A stretch of DNA of 64,000 bases from positions 1,024,001 through 1,088,000 of the forward strand of contig JAXGYC010000007.1 of NCBI GenBank assembly GCA_040772485.1. The letters are read 5' to 3'. Shown in pieces: positions 55,700 to 64,000 of the stretch (its first letter is position 1; each line of letters begins with the position of its first letter). Origin of the DNA: Sedimentisphaerales bacterium (GTDB lineage Bacteria; Planctomycetota; Phycisphaerae; Sedimentisphaerales; Anaerobacaceae). A model generated the notes under the pieces. That model saw nothing but the letters and a program-made list of their open reading frames with translations, was not told where the DNA came from and did no database searches. The translations under genes were made by a program, and so were the position numbers.

Positions 55700-57949
55700 A
55701 TGACCGAGTCAAACCGGCCGCACACTTGGATACAATGCCCAAAGACGCTACTGTCGGCACTTCTTGCCCTTATTGCCTATGCACCCCAGAGCCTCACGGC
55801 GGCCTCGCCAGTGCCTTCGGGGCTCCTGTGCGAGTTGATGAGTGAACCGACGAAGACAGCGATTGCCGATCCCCGGCCGGAGTTTGCGTGGATCGTGCCT
55901 GGGCTGAACCAGAACGACGTCCAGACGGCATACCAGGTTCTCGTCGCCTCCTCCATGAACCAGATCGAACAGAACTTGGGCGACCTGTGGGACAGCGGCA
56001 AGGTCCTGTCCTCCCGGTCGGTCGGCGTCGAGTATGCCGGCCGGCCCCTCTCGCCGGACACAACGTACTGCTGGAGAGTACGAACGTGGAACCAGCAGGA
56101 TCGCGTCAGCCCCTGGTCAGAGGTCCAGACGTTCCGCACAGGGCCTCTGGATGGCCCGTACACGACCATCCGCTACCCGCTGGCGACCACCAGAGTCAAA
56201 CCGATTCGTGTTGTCGTCAAGGCGGACGGGCACTACTTCTTCGACTTCGGCAAGGCCGCCTTCGGCACCGTCGAACTGACTTCGACGAGCCCCGAAGCAG
56301 GGCGCCGGATCGAGGTCCACCTAGGCGAGGTCTACGCCAAGCCCGACAGCATCGACCCCAATCCGGGCGGGTCCAGACGATATCGGCAACTCGAGCTGAC
56401 GCTCGAAGAAGGCACGCACACGTACAGGCTGCCCATCCCGCCCGACGAGCGAAACACCGGTCCGCAGGCGATCAGGATGCCGGAATCCATCGGGGAGGTC
56501 ATGCCGTTTCGGTATTGCGAGGTGGTCAACAGCCCTTCGGCGCTCGACGCCTCGACGATCTGCCAGATGGCCGTGCACTATCCATTCGACGAGGGAGCCT
56601 GCCGCTTCCATTCGTCCGATCCGGCCCTCAACGACGTGTGGGAGCTGTGCAAGTACAGCATCAAGGCGACGAGCTTCTGCGGCGTCTATGTCGACGGCGA
56701 CCGCGAGCGGATTCCCTACGAGGCCGACGCCTACATCAATCAGCTCTGCCACTACTGCGTGGACCGGGAATACACGATGGCCCGCTACACGCATGAGTAC
56801 CTGATGACTCACCCGACCTGGCCGACCGAGTGGATACTGCACTCGGTGCTGATGGCATGGGCCGACTACCTGTACACCGGCGACACCGACTCGATCGAGC
56901 ACTTTTACAACGATCTGAAGGCCAAGACGCTGTGGGCGCTGGCCCGCGAGGACGGGCTGATCAGCACGCAGGCCGGCCTGGTGACCGACGAGGTGCTCGC
57001 GTCGATCCACTTCCGGGGCACGCTGCAGGATATCGTGGACTGGCCGCACGGGAACATCCTCGGGCTCCAGGGCGGATACGGCGAGACCGACGACTTCGAA
57101 TTCAAACCCATCAATACCGTCGTCAACGCGTTCCACTATCGGGCGCTCGTGCTGATGAGCCGGATCGCTCAGGCCGTCGGCGAAGAGCGGGACGCTGCGC
57201 AATTCGCCTCGGCCGCAGCGAAGGTCAGGCAATCCTTCAACGACAAGCTGCTCGACAAGGACAAAGGCATCTACGTCGATGGGGAAGGCAGCACGCACAG
57301 CGCGCTGCACGCGAACATGTTTCCGCTGACGTTTGGTCTGGTGCCGCCGGAGCATATCGAATCGGTCGCCGCGTTCGTCAAGAGTCGCGGCATGGTGTGC
57401 AGCGTCTACGGTTCGCAGTATCTGCTCGAAGCGCTCTACGAAGCGGGCCTCGACGACTTCGCGCTGCACCTGATGACCGACCGCCAAACGGATCGAAGCT
57501 GGGCCCACATGGTCTACAACGTGGGAACGACGATCACGCTCGAAGCGTGGGACAACAAGTACAAGCCCAACCAGGACTGGAACCACGCCTGGGGCGCAGC
57601 GCCCGCCAATATCATCCCCCGCTGTCTGATGGGTGTCGAGCCGGTCGAGCCGGGCTTCGCCAAGGTGCGAATCAAACCACAGGTCGGCCCGCTGACACGC
57701 GGCAGCCTCGATCTGCCCACGGTCCGGGGCACGATCCACGTGGATTTCGACGCGGTCAAAGGCCAGTCGTTCATCCTGAGCGTGACCACGCCGGCCAACA
57801 TGCCCGCCATCGTATACCTCCCACAACTGGGCAGCGATGATGCGAGTGTTGTCGTGGACGGCCGCACCGTCCGGGGCCGGATCGACGGCAAGTTCATCGT
57901 CCTCGACAACGTCGCCCCAGGCCCCCACCGCTTCGAGCGGCGCCCGTAG
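55700..57949 (+). CDS. secreted GH78 alpha-L-rhamnosidase-like glycosidase
   Basis: FN3-like N-terminus, DGDRER..YEAD, TITLEAW, NHAWG, PGF..VRIKPQ. SD GGAGGTG. Confidence 0.85.
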   Translation: MTESNRPHTWIQCPKTLLSALLALIAYAPQSLTAASPVPSGLLCELMSEPTKTAIADPRPEFAWIVPGLNQNDVQTAYQVLVASSMNQIEQNLGDLWDSGKVLSSRSVGVEYAGRPLSPDTTYCWRVRTWNQQDRVSPWSEVQTFRTGPLDGPYTTIRYPLATTRVKPIRVVVKADGHYFFDFGKAAFGTVELTSTSPEAGRRIEVHLGEVYAKPDSIDPNPGGSRRYRQLELTLEEGTHTYRLPIPPDERNTGPQAIRMPESIGEVMPFRYCEVVNSPSALDASTICQMAVHYPFDEGACRFHSSDPALNDVWELCKYSIKATSFCGVYVDGDRERIPYEADAYINQLCHYCVDREYTMARYTHEYLMTHPTWPTEWILHSVLMAWADYLYTGDTDSIEHFYNDLKAKTLWALAREDGLISTQAGLVTDEVLASIHFRGTLQDIVDWPHGNILGLQGGYGETDDFEFKPINTVVNAFHYRALVLMSRIAQAVGEERDAAQFASAAAKVRQSFNDKLLDKDKGIYVDGEGSTHSALHANMFPLTFGLVPPEHIESVAAFVKSRGMVCSVYGSQYLLEALYEAGLDDFALHLMTDRQTDRSWAHMVYNVGTTITLEAWDNKYKPNQDWNHAWGAAPANIIPRCLMGVEPVEPGFAKVRIKPQVGPLTRGSLDLPTVRGTIHVDFDAVKGQSFILSVTTPANMPAIVYLPQLGSDDASVVVDGRTVRGRIDGKFIVLDNVAPGPHRFERRP

Positions 57950-57958
57950 CCTGCGATG

Positions 57959-59386
57959 CTATTTGGCCAGCTCGCCGAAGCGGTTGGCGATGGCTAAGGC
58001 CGGGTCGAGCGGCACGTCCACGGCGACGGTCCCTTTGGCGATCTCGATCGCCGGGCGAGGCGTCAGCTTGCGGCCCTTGAATTCGGGCAGCCACTTGCGT
58101 TCGGCTTCGAGCATCTCGCCCGTCATGTCCCGGACTTCCTTCAGCGTGCAGACCGCCGAGGTCAGCGGGTCCATCGCCACCGCCTGCATCGCCCGCTCCG
58201 GGTCCCCCGTCAGCGCCGCCTCGACCGCCAGCTCCTGCACGGTGACGTTGCTCTGGTTCAGCGCTGCGCACTGCACTGGCAGCTCGCCGATCGTCACCGG
58301 GTGCAGGCCCTGCGAGTCTACGTAGACCGGGACCTCGACACAGCAGCCCTGCGGCAGATTGGTGATGTAGCCGTCGTTGCGGACGTTGCCGTTGAGACGG
58401 AACGGCCGGTCCGTCTCGGCCGCTTCGAGGATATACGAACAATATTCGACGCTGCGACGCGTGATCCTGGGCGATTCCGTCGCGAGGTAGTCTACCTTCT
58501 TGTACTTCTCCGCCAGCATGTTGCAGTAGTGATAGTAGGCGCCGGAGGCCCCGCCGAAATCAGGTTGATCGCAGTACAGATCCAGGGCCCTCTTGCTGCC
58601 GCGGAACCACGGTATGTACTCGGACAGGTGCCCCGTGCTCTCGGTCATGAAGTAGCCGAAGTGCCGCATCACCTCGCAGCGCACCTTTTCGTTGACGTAG
58701 TACTCGGGCTTCTCGATGTTGCGTTTGAGAATCGGGTACAGGTCGCGCCCGTCGCGCTTGTCCCGCAGCGAGAGAAACCACGCCATGTGGTTGATCCCCG
58801 CGCAGACGTAATCCACCTGCCCCTTCGGCACGTTGACGTAGCGGCTGATCAGGTCCAGCGTGGTCTGCACGCCGTGACAGAGCCCGATGAACTGCACGTC
58901 GGCCACGCACCCGAGAGCCGAGCAGTTGGCGCCCATCGGATTGGCGTAGTTCAGCAGGATCGCATCCGGACACAGCTCGTTCATGTCCGCCGCCACGTCC
59001 GCCAGGACGGGAATCGTCCGCAGCGCGCGGAAGATGCCACCCGGACCGATGGAATCGGCGATGCACTGATCGACGCCATACTTCAGCGGAATCTCGTAAT
59101 CCATGCGGAACGCTTCGACGCCGCCGATCTGGATCATGTTGATCACGTAGTCGGCTCCGTCGAGGGCCTCGCGGCGATTCAGCGTCGCCGTGACTTTGGC
59201 AGGCAGACGGTTCTCCCGGATCACCTTCTTGACGAACGCCTCCATCTTGGCCAGCTTGGGCCGCGTCCGGTTCATCAGACAGATTTCGCTGCCCCCAAGG
59301 GCCTCGGTGGCCAGGATGTCCATGACCAAGGTCTTGCAGAAAATCAGGCTTCCGGCCCCGATCATCGCGATCTTCGGTTTCGACAT
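57959..59386 (-). CDS. GH4 NAD+-dependent alpha-galactosidase/glucosidase
   Basis: IGAGS, EIPLKYGVDQ, NYANP, GLCHGV, AGINH, TESTGHLSEY. Confidence 0.92.
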   Translation of the reverse strand: MSKPKIAMIGAGSLIFCKTLVMDILATEALGGSEICLMNRTRPKLAKMEAFVKKVIRENRLPAKVTATLNRREALDGADYVINMIQIGGVEAFRMDYEIPLKYGVDQCIADSIGPGGIFRALRTIPVLADVAADMNELCPDAILLNYANPMGANCSALGCVADVQFIGLCHGVQTTLDLISRYVNVPKGQVDYVCAGINHMAWFLSLRDKRDGRDLYPILKRNIEKPEYYVNEKVRCEVMRHFGYFMTESTGHLSEYIPWFRGSKRALDLYCDQPDFGGASGAYYHYCNMLAEKYKKVDYLATESPRITRRSVEYCSYILEAAETDRPFRLNGNVRNDGYITNLPQGCCVEVPVYVDSQGLHPVTIGELPVQCAALNQSNVTVQELAVEAALTGDPERAMQAVAMDPLTSAVCTLKEVRDMTGEMLEAERKWLPEFKGRKLTPRPAIEIAKGTVAVDVPLDPALAIANRFGELAK

Positions 59387-59405
59387 GACAATCGTCCTTC
59401 GTCAA

Positions 59406-60563
59406 CTACTTGAGGAGGTTCTCAAAGAGGTACAGGCCGCTCTTGCCGGGAGCGACAACATCGAGGTCGCCATCGCCATCGATGTCGGCGGCGGCGGTGT
59501 TGATCCCGAAACCCACGCGACCGCCCTCGTGCATGGTATGCCGCGTCCACTTGCCCGATGCGATGTCGAAGTCGTAGTAGTAGACGCAGACGGGATCGTT
59601 GCCGCCCGGGTCGTTTCCGTTGTGGGCGCGATGGCGTTTGCCGGTGACCAGCTCCAATCGACGGTCGTTGTCCAGATCCGCGAGCAGTTTGAAGTGCGGC
59701 TGAGACCACGAATCGTCGATCAGGTGCTTTTCCCACGTGCGATTGCCTTGTGCGTCCTTGTTCTGCTCCATCCAGAACAGGCCGTAATTGTGGCCCAGGC
59801 CCCAGATCAGGTCCGAGTCCCCATCCGCGTCCACGTCGTGCACGAGAATCGGAATGCCGGCGTAGCCCAGCTCGAACTCCGGACGCCACGTCCACGAGCC
59901 GTTGGGATTCTGTTGGAGCCAGCCCTTCGGCGTCACGATGTCGCACAGACCATCGACGTTGACATCTCCGGCGCCAATGCCGTGCCCCGCCGCTTCCTGA
60001 GGCAGCACGTGCTTGTCCCATCGCACACCCTGCGGGGCCGAGGCGTCGCGGCGGTACTCGTACCAGGCCGCAGCGCTCATGATGTTGGGCAGGATGTCGA
60101 GCTGGCCGTCGCCGTTGATATCATAGGCCAGCGCGGTTTCCATATTGCCCGGCGTGTCCACCTGGTGCAGCGTCCACGGCCCGCCCGCCTGGCCCGGATT
60201 GCGGACCCAGTAGACCATCTTGTCGTGCCAGGCGGCCCCGGCGGTGTCGGTCCAGCCGTCGCCGTCCACGTCCATCGGCAGGTTGGCAAAGTCGTAATGG
60301 TACTCCCCTTCCTCCTTGATCTCGCGAACGAAGTGCTTCGTCCAGGTCGGCGCCTCGTACCAGAACCCGCCGCAGACGACATCGAGCCTGCCGTCCCGGT
60401 TCACGTCGAGAATTCCCGCCGCCTCGAAACGAGATTCCGCGTTGAGCGTGTGCAACCTGAAACCGTCGCCCACCTTGGCCTCCGCCGCCGCAACGGCCGA
60501 GCCTGCCAACAGAGTGCCGATGGCCAGTCCCACCAAAACGTGGGGAATATGTCGAGTTCGCAT
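59406..60563 (-). CDS. secreted FG-GAP/VCBS repeat protein
   Basis: Signal peptide and about 7 DxNxDGxxD-type repeats. Confidence 0.88.
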   Translation of the reverse strand: MRTRHIPHVLVGLAIGTLLAGSAVAAAEAKVGDGFRLHTLNAESRFEAAGILDVNRDGRLDVVCGGFWYEAPTWTKHFVREIKEEGEYHYDFANLPMDVDGDGWTDTAGAAWHDKMVYWVRNPGQAGGPWTLHQVDTPGNMETALAYDINGDGQLDILPNIMSAAAWYEYRRDASAPQGVRWDKHVLPQEAAGHGIGAGDVNVDGLCDIVTPKGWLQQNPNGSWTWRPEFELGYAGIPILVHDVDADGDSDLIWGLGHNYGLFWMEQNKDAQGNRTWEKHLIDDSWSQPHFKLLADLDNDRRLELVTGKRHRAHNGNDPGGNDPVCVYYYDFDIASGKWTRHTMHEGGRVGFGINTAAADIDGDGDLDVVAPGKSGLYLFENLLK

Positions 60564-60601
60564 GGGTGCTCCCTTTCCAAAACCGTGTTGCATTGTCGTT
60601 C

Positions 60602-61882
60602 TCAGATGGACCAGGGACTTCGCATCGCCCGCTGGAGCATGGAATCGGCCTGCCGGTCGTTGACGAACCGCTCGGCCGCCGGGTCCCAACGCAGGGGCCG
60701 TTCGAGCCAGTAGGCGATGTTGCCCAGGTGACAGACGCTGATCGAGCGATAGCCGACGTCGGCGTCGCAGGCCGGACGGTTCCGTGTCCGTACGCAGTCG
60801 AGGAAGTTGTCCGGATGGTTCTTGCTCTCATAGAGGTGCACGTCGTCGGCTTTCAGCGTCTGCCGGCGCAGCGAGTCGGGCTCGGTGATGAGCTGCTCGC
60901 GCGTGACCTCGATCATGCCCTCGGTCCCCTCGAACCGCACGCCCGGCGTGGACTGGCTGATGCCCTCCCGCGTCATCACCGTGCCGTTGGCGTAGCGATA
61001 GGTCAGGACCTTGAACTCGTTGCCGTCGGCCGGAATGATCTCGACCGGTCCCGACTCGTCCATTCCCATCGCCCACTGGGCAATGTCGAACATGTGCTGG
61101 CCCCAGTTGGTCATCTCGCCGCCGGCGAAGTCCTTCCATCGCATCCAGCCCAGGATGTCGGGATGGAACGGGTGCCAGGGCGCCTGGCCCAGCCACCGAT
61201 CGTAGTCCAGCCAGTCCGGCGGCGAGCCCTGCGCGGGAAGGTGACACTCTTCGGGCGGGCCGCCCACGTTGACCTTGATGTGCTTGACGTGGCCGATGTA
61301 TCGGCTGCGGACCAGTTCGCACGCGAAGCGGAACTCGTACCAGCTTCGCTGCTGCGTGCCGCTCTGGAAGATGCGTCCGTACCGCTTCATCGTGCGGGCC
61401 AGCTCGCGGGCCTCGTAGACGGTCAGCGAAATCGGCTTCTCGCAGTAGATGTCCTTGCCGGCCTTGGCGGCGGCGATGGAAATCGGCGTGTGCCAGCGGT
61501 CGCCGGCGGCGCAGAGGATGATGTCGATGTCGTCGCGGGCCAGCAGGTCCTCGAAGTTGTGGTATGCGACGCAGTCGTTGTTGCCGTAGTAGGTGTCGAT
61601 GATGCTCTTGGCGTTGTGGAGATTGTTGCGATTGACGTCGCAGGCCGCGACGACCTGCACGCCGGGTTTGCTGAGGAATCCGCCGCCCTGGACCCAGATG
61701 CCGCCACCGATGTGGCGCGTGCCCTGCCCGCCGCAGCCGATGGCTCCCATCACCAGCCGCTCGCTGGCCGGCACCCGGCCGCCGGCCCCAAGAGCCGACG
61801 ACGTGATGACATAGGGAACCGCAACAGCCGAGGCCGTAGCTCGTAGAAAGGTCCTGCGTGTGATGCCTTTTTGATATGCCAT
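60602..61882 (-). CDS. Tat-exported Gfo/Idh/MocA oxidoreductase
   Basis: TRRTFL twin-arginine, IGCGGQG, DIYCEKP, GTQQRS, WG.HMFD. Confidence 0.92.
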   Translation of the reverse strand: MAYQKGITRRTFLRATASAVAVPYVITSSALGAGGRVPASERLVMGAIGCGGQGTRHIGGGIWVQGGGFLSKPGVQVVAACDVNRNNLHNAKSIIDTYYGNNDCVAYHNFEDLLARDDIDIILCAAGDRWHTPISIAAAKAGKDIYCEKPISLTVYEARELARTMKRYGRIFQSGTQQRSWYEFRFACELVRSRYIGHVKHIKVNVGGPPEECHLPAQGSPPDWLDYDRWLGQAPWHPFHPDILGWMRWKDFAGGEMTNWGQHMFDIAQWAMGMDESGPVEIIPADGNEFKVLTYRYANGTVMTREGISQSTPGVRFEGTEGMIEVTREQLITEPDSLRRQTLKADDVHLYESKNHPDNFLDCVRTRNRPACDADVGYRSISVCHLGNIAYWLERPLRWDPAAERFVNDRQADSMLQRAMRSPWSI

Positions 61883-62086
61883 GCAACCTCCCATCCTTTT
61901 CATACGGTGCCGGACGGATATTCCCTGCCATCTTACTGGCAGCCGTCGCATGACGCAATAGCCTGATCGACCCCACTCCCCTGCCGAGGGGCAACCGAAA
62001 AGACGCGACTTGACAGCGATTCAGTGGTACAATGGTTGGTCAGTTGAGTTCCGACGATGGACCGCACGATTTGGGAGGTTGAGTCG

Positions 62087-64000
62087 ATGGCATCGCATGC
62101 CCCACACCGCTGCCGCTTTGATAGTCGTGAAGACCGCAGATATTGTCCCAGGACGGGCAGGCCGATCGAGCCCCATGCCCCGCGTCCGTGGATGCTCTGG
62201 CTGCTACCGATCACCGGGTTGCTGGCGCTGGCCTGGTTCCTGGTCCGCGTGGTGCCCAAGCCCTCGCGAGCGATGTATCCCTGCCAGCGGGTGGCGATGC
62301 CACTGGCGTCCGGCTTCGTCGCCTGGCTGCTCGGCATTGCCGCCTCCGTGGCGGCCTTGCGCAGGGCCAGGTCGAGTCTGAACGGCAGGCGATACGCCTT
62401 GGCGCTGGCCGCCGTAGGCATCAGCGTCGCGGCGATCTGGGTGACGCTGAGCATCACCACCGAGACACCTGCGCTGGCGGATCCCCAGCCGGCCAATGAG
62501 CCCATCGGCGTCGCCCGAGGGATTCACCCCGGGCGGGTCGTCTGGGTGCACGATCCCGACGCCACCGACTGGAAAGGACCGGGCGACGGTCATCTCTGGC
62601 AACCCGAGCACACGAATCAGGCGGCCGTCGACGAGATGATGTCCCAAGCTCTTCGCAATCTGACGGGCGAGACCTCCGACAAGGCGGCGTGGGACGCCCT
62701 CTTCCGCTACCACAACAAGACCAGGGGCAAGGGCGACGTCGGCTACCAGCCGGGCCAGAGGATCACGGTCAAAGTCAACTTCGTCGGCTTCATCCGCACC
62801 ACCGACGCCGTGAATCCCCAGACCTACGCGCTGCGAAGCTGGGTGGACTACATGAACACCTCGCCCCAGATGATTGCCTCGCTGCTGCGGCAACTGACGG
62901 AAACCGTCGGCGTCAAACAATCCGACATCGCGGTCGGTGACACCCTCGCCTACTTCGCCAAAGAGTACTACGATATGCTGCACAGGCAGTTCCCGCTTGT
63001 CACGTACCTTGACTGTCACGGCGGTCCCGGCCGGACGAAGACCGGGCCGTCCTCGGTCCCTCTGCATTGGAGCTGCGACCCCGAAGGCTGCGCACAGGAC
63101 TATGTGCCGCAGGCATACGCCGAGGCCGACTACCTCATCAATCTGGCCAATCTCAAGGCCCACCCGAGCGCCGGCGTCACGCTCTGCGCCAAGAACCACT
63201 ATGGCTCGCTGATCCGCCTGCCTTACGAGAAGGGCTACTACGACATGCACACGAGCTTCGACCGGGCCACCGGCCGGTACAGAAACCTCGTGGACCTGAT
63301 GAGCCACTCCCAACTGGGCGGCAAGACCGTTCTGTATCTCGTCGACGGCCTCTACGGCGGTATCCACTACGTCGAGCACGAGCCGCGACGATTTGAATCG
63401 ACGCCATTCCACAACGACTGGACCAGCAGCCTGTTCGCCAGCCAGGACCCGGTCGCCATCGATTCGGTGGGCCTCGACCTCCTCCAGGCGGAGGCCAACG
63501 TGCAGAAGTACTCCTGCATGCCGGGCACGGACGACTACCTGCACGAGGCGGCGTTGATCGACAGCCCGCCTTCCGGCACATTCTACGATCCCGACCACGC
63601 CGGCAACGTCGTGCGGCCGGCCAGCCTGGGCGTCCACGAGCACTGGAACAACGCGCGAGAGAAGAAGTACTCACGCAACCTGGGCCGGCCCGATGGGATC
63701 GAACTGGTCGCCGTCATGAAAGACAGCAACAAGGCAAAGGCCAGCGGTGTCACCGCCCCCGGCGCCAAGGTCAAATTGCTGGCCGACGGCTTCCAGTTCA
63801 CCGAAGGCCCCGCCCCCGACCGCGAGGGCAACGTCTTCTTCACGGACCAGCCCAACGACCGCATCTGCAAGTGGTCCGTCGACGGCAAGCTGACGGACTT
63901 CATGAAGCCCTGCGGCCGGTCCAACGGCCTGTTCTTCGACATGGACGGCAGCCTCTGGGCCTGCGCCGACATGGACAACGAGCTGTGGATGATCGATCCG
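62087..64000 (+). CDS. membrane-anchored DUF362 protein fused to an SMP-30/gluconolactonase domain; runs off the window and is not in the ORF track
   Basis: SD GGGAGG. Manual translation gives PKPSRAMYPCQ, GIHPGRVVWVHD, NLANLKAH..AGVTLCAKNHYG and SQDPVAIDSV, then in frame FQFTEGPA...FFTDQPND...SNGL. Confidence 0.85.
   Translation, partial: MASHAPHRCRFDSREDRRYCPRTGRPIEPHAPRPWMLWLLPITGLLALAWFLVRVVPKPSRAMYPCQRVAMPLASGFVAWLLGIAASVAALRRARSSLNGRRYALALAAVGISVAAIWVTLSITTETPALADPQPANEPIGVARGIHPGRVVWVHDPDATDWKGPGDGHLWQPEHTNQAAVDEMMSQALRNLTGETSDKAAWDALFRYHNKTRGKGDVGYQPGQRITVKVNFVGFIRTTDAVNPQTYALRSWVDYMNTSPQMIASLLRQLTETVGVKQSDIAVGDTLAYFAKEYYDMLHRQFPLVTYLDCHGGPGRTKTGPSSVPLHWSCDPEGCAQDYVPQAYAEADYLINLANLKAHPSAGVTLCAKNHYGSLIRLPYEKGYYDMHTSFDRATGRYRNLVDLMSHSQLGGKTVLYLVDGLYGGIHYVEHEPRRFESTPFHNDWTSSLFASQDPVAIDSVGLDLLQAEANVQKYSCMPGTDDYLHEAALIDSPPSGTFYDPDHAGNVVRPASLGVHEHWNNAREKKYSRNLGRPDGIELVAVMKDSNKAKASGVTAPGAKVKLLADGFQFTEGPAPDREGNVFFTDQPNDRICKWSVDGKLTDFMKPCGRSNGLFFDMDGSLWACADMDNELWMIDP

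Noticed and set aside
62204..63643. 479-aa minus-strand ORF
   Set aside because: It is the antisense shadow of the DUF362 fusion gene, which the ORF track omitted because its stop lies outside the window.

Overview
A high-GC bacterial chromosomal window with about 45 genes. I found no integrase, transposase, phage genes or CRISPR array. The gene content (prepilin/H-X9-DG protein, FG-GAP protein, Tat-exported Gfo/Idh/MocA, DUF362 fusion, class III RNR) suggests an anaerobic Planctomycetota, probably Phycisphaerae/Sedimentisphaerales-like; this is inference. Main blocks: (1) msbA-like ABC transporter plus GH130; (2) a cobalamin riboswitch heading nrdD-nrdG-metE-dcd; (3) an orphan parA, a candidate sRNA and panB; (4) a 1.2k-aa secreted beta-helix/PKD/propeller protein and udg; (5) gdhA next to an uncharacterised PEP-synthase-like kinase, a divergent LysR gene and a large HPr-domain protein; (6) a small Hc1-like gene and fabZ; (7) a pilin-like/lipoprotein/phosphoesterase cassette, a phnX pseudogene, tRNA-Glu and a ferredoxin; (8) rodA-murJ-TPR; (9) a monocistronic secreted protein with dockerin-like repeats and a long structured leader; (10) the alpha-glucan cluster glgE-treS/mak-glgB facing malQ and GH57; (11) carbohydrate and redox genes (GH78, GH4, FG-GAP, Gfo/Idh/MocA, DUF362-lactonase fusion). 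Three real genes are missing from the supplied ORF track: the Hc1-like gene, the ferredoxin and the DUF362 fusion. The best candidates for undescribed biology are the gdhA-linked dikinase-like protein, the split-HPr protein, the possible cohesin-dockerin protein with its RNA leader, and the sRNA upstream of parA. All family assignments come from motif recognition, not database searches.
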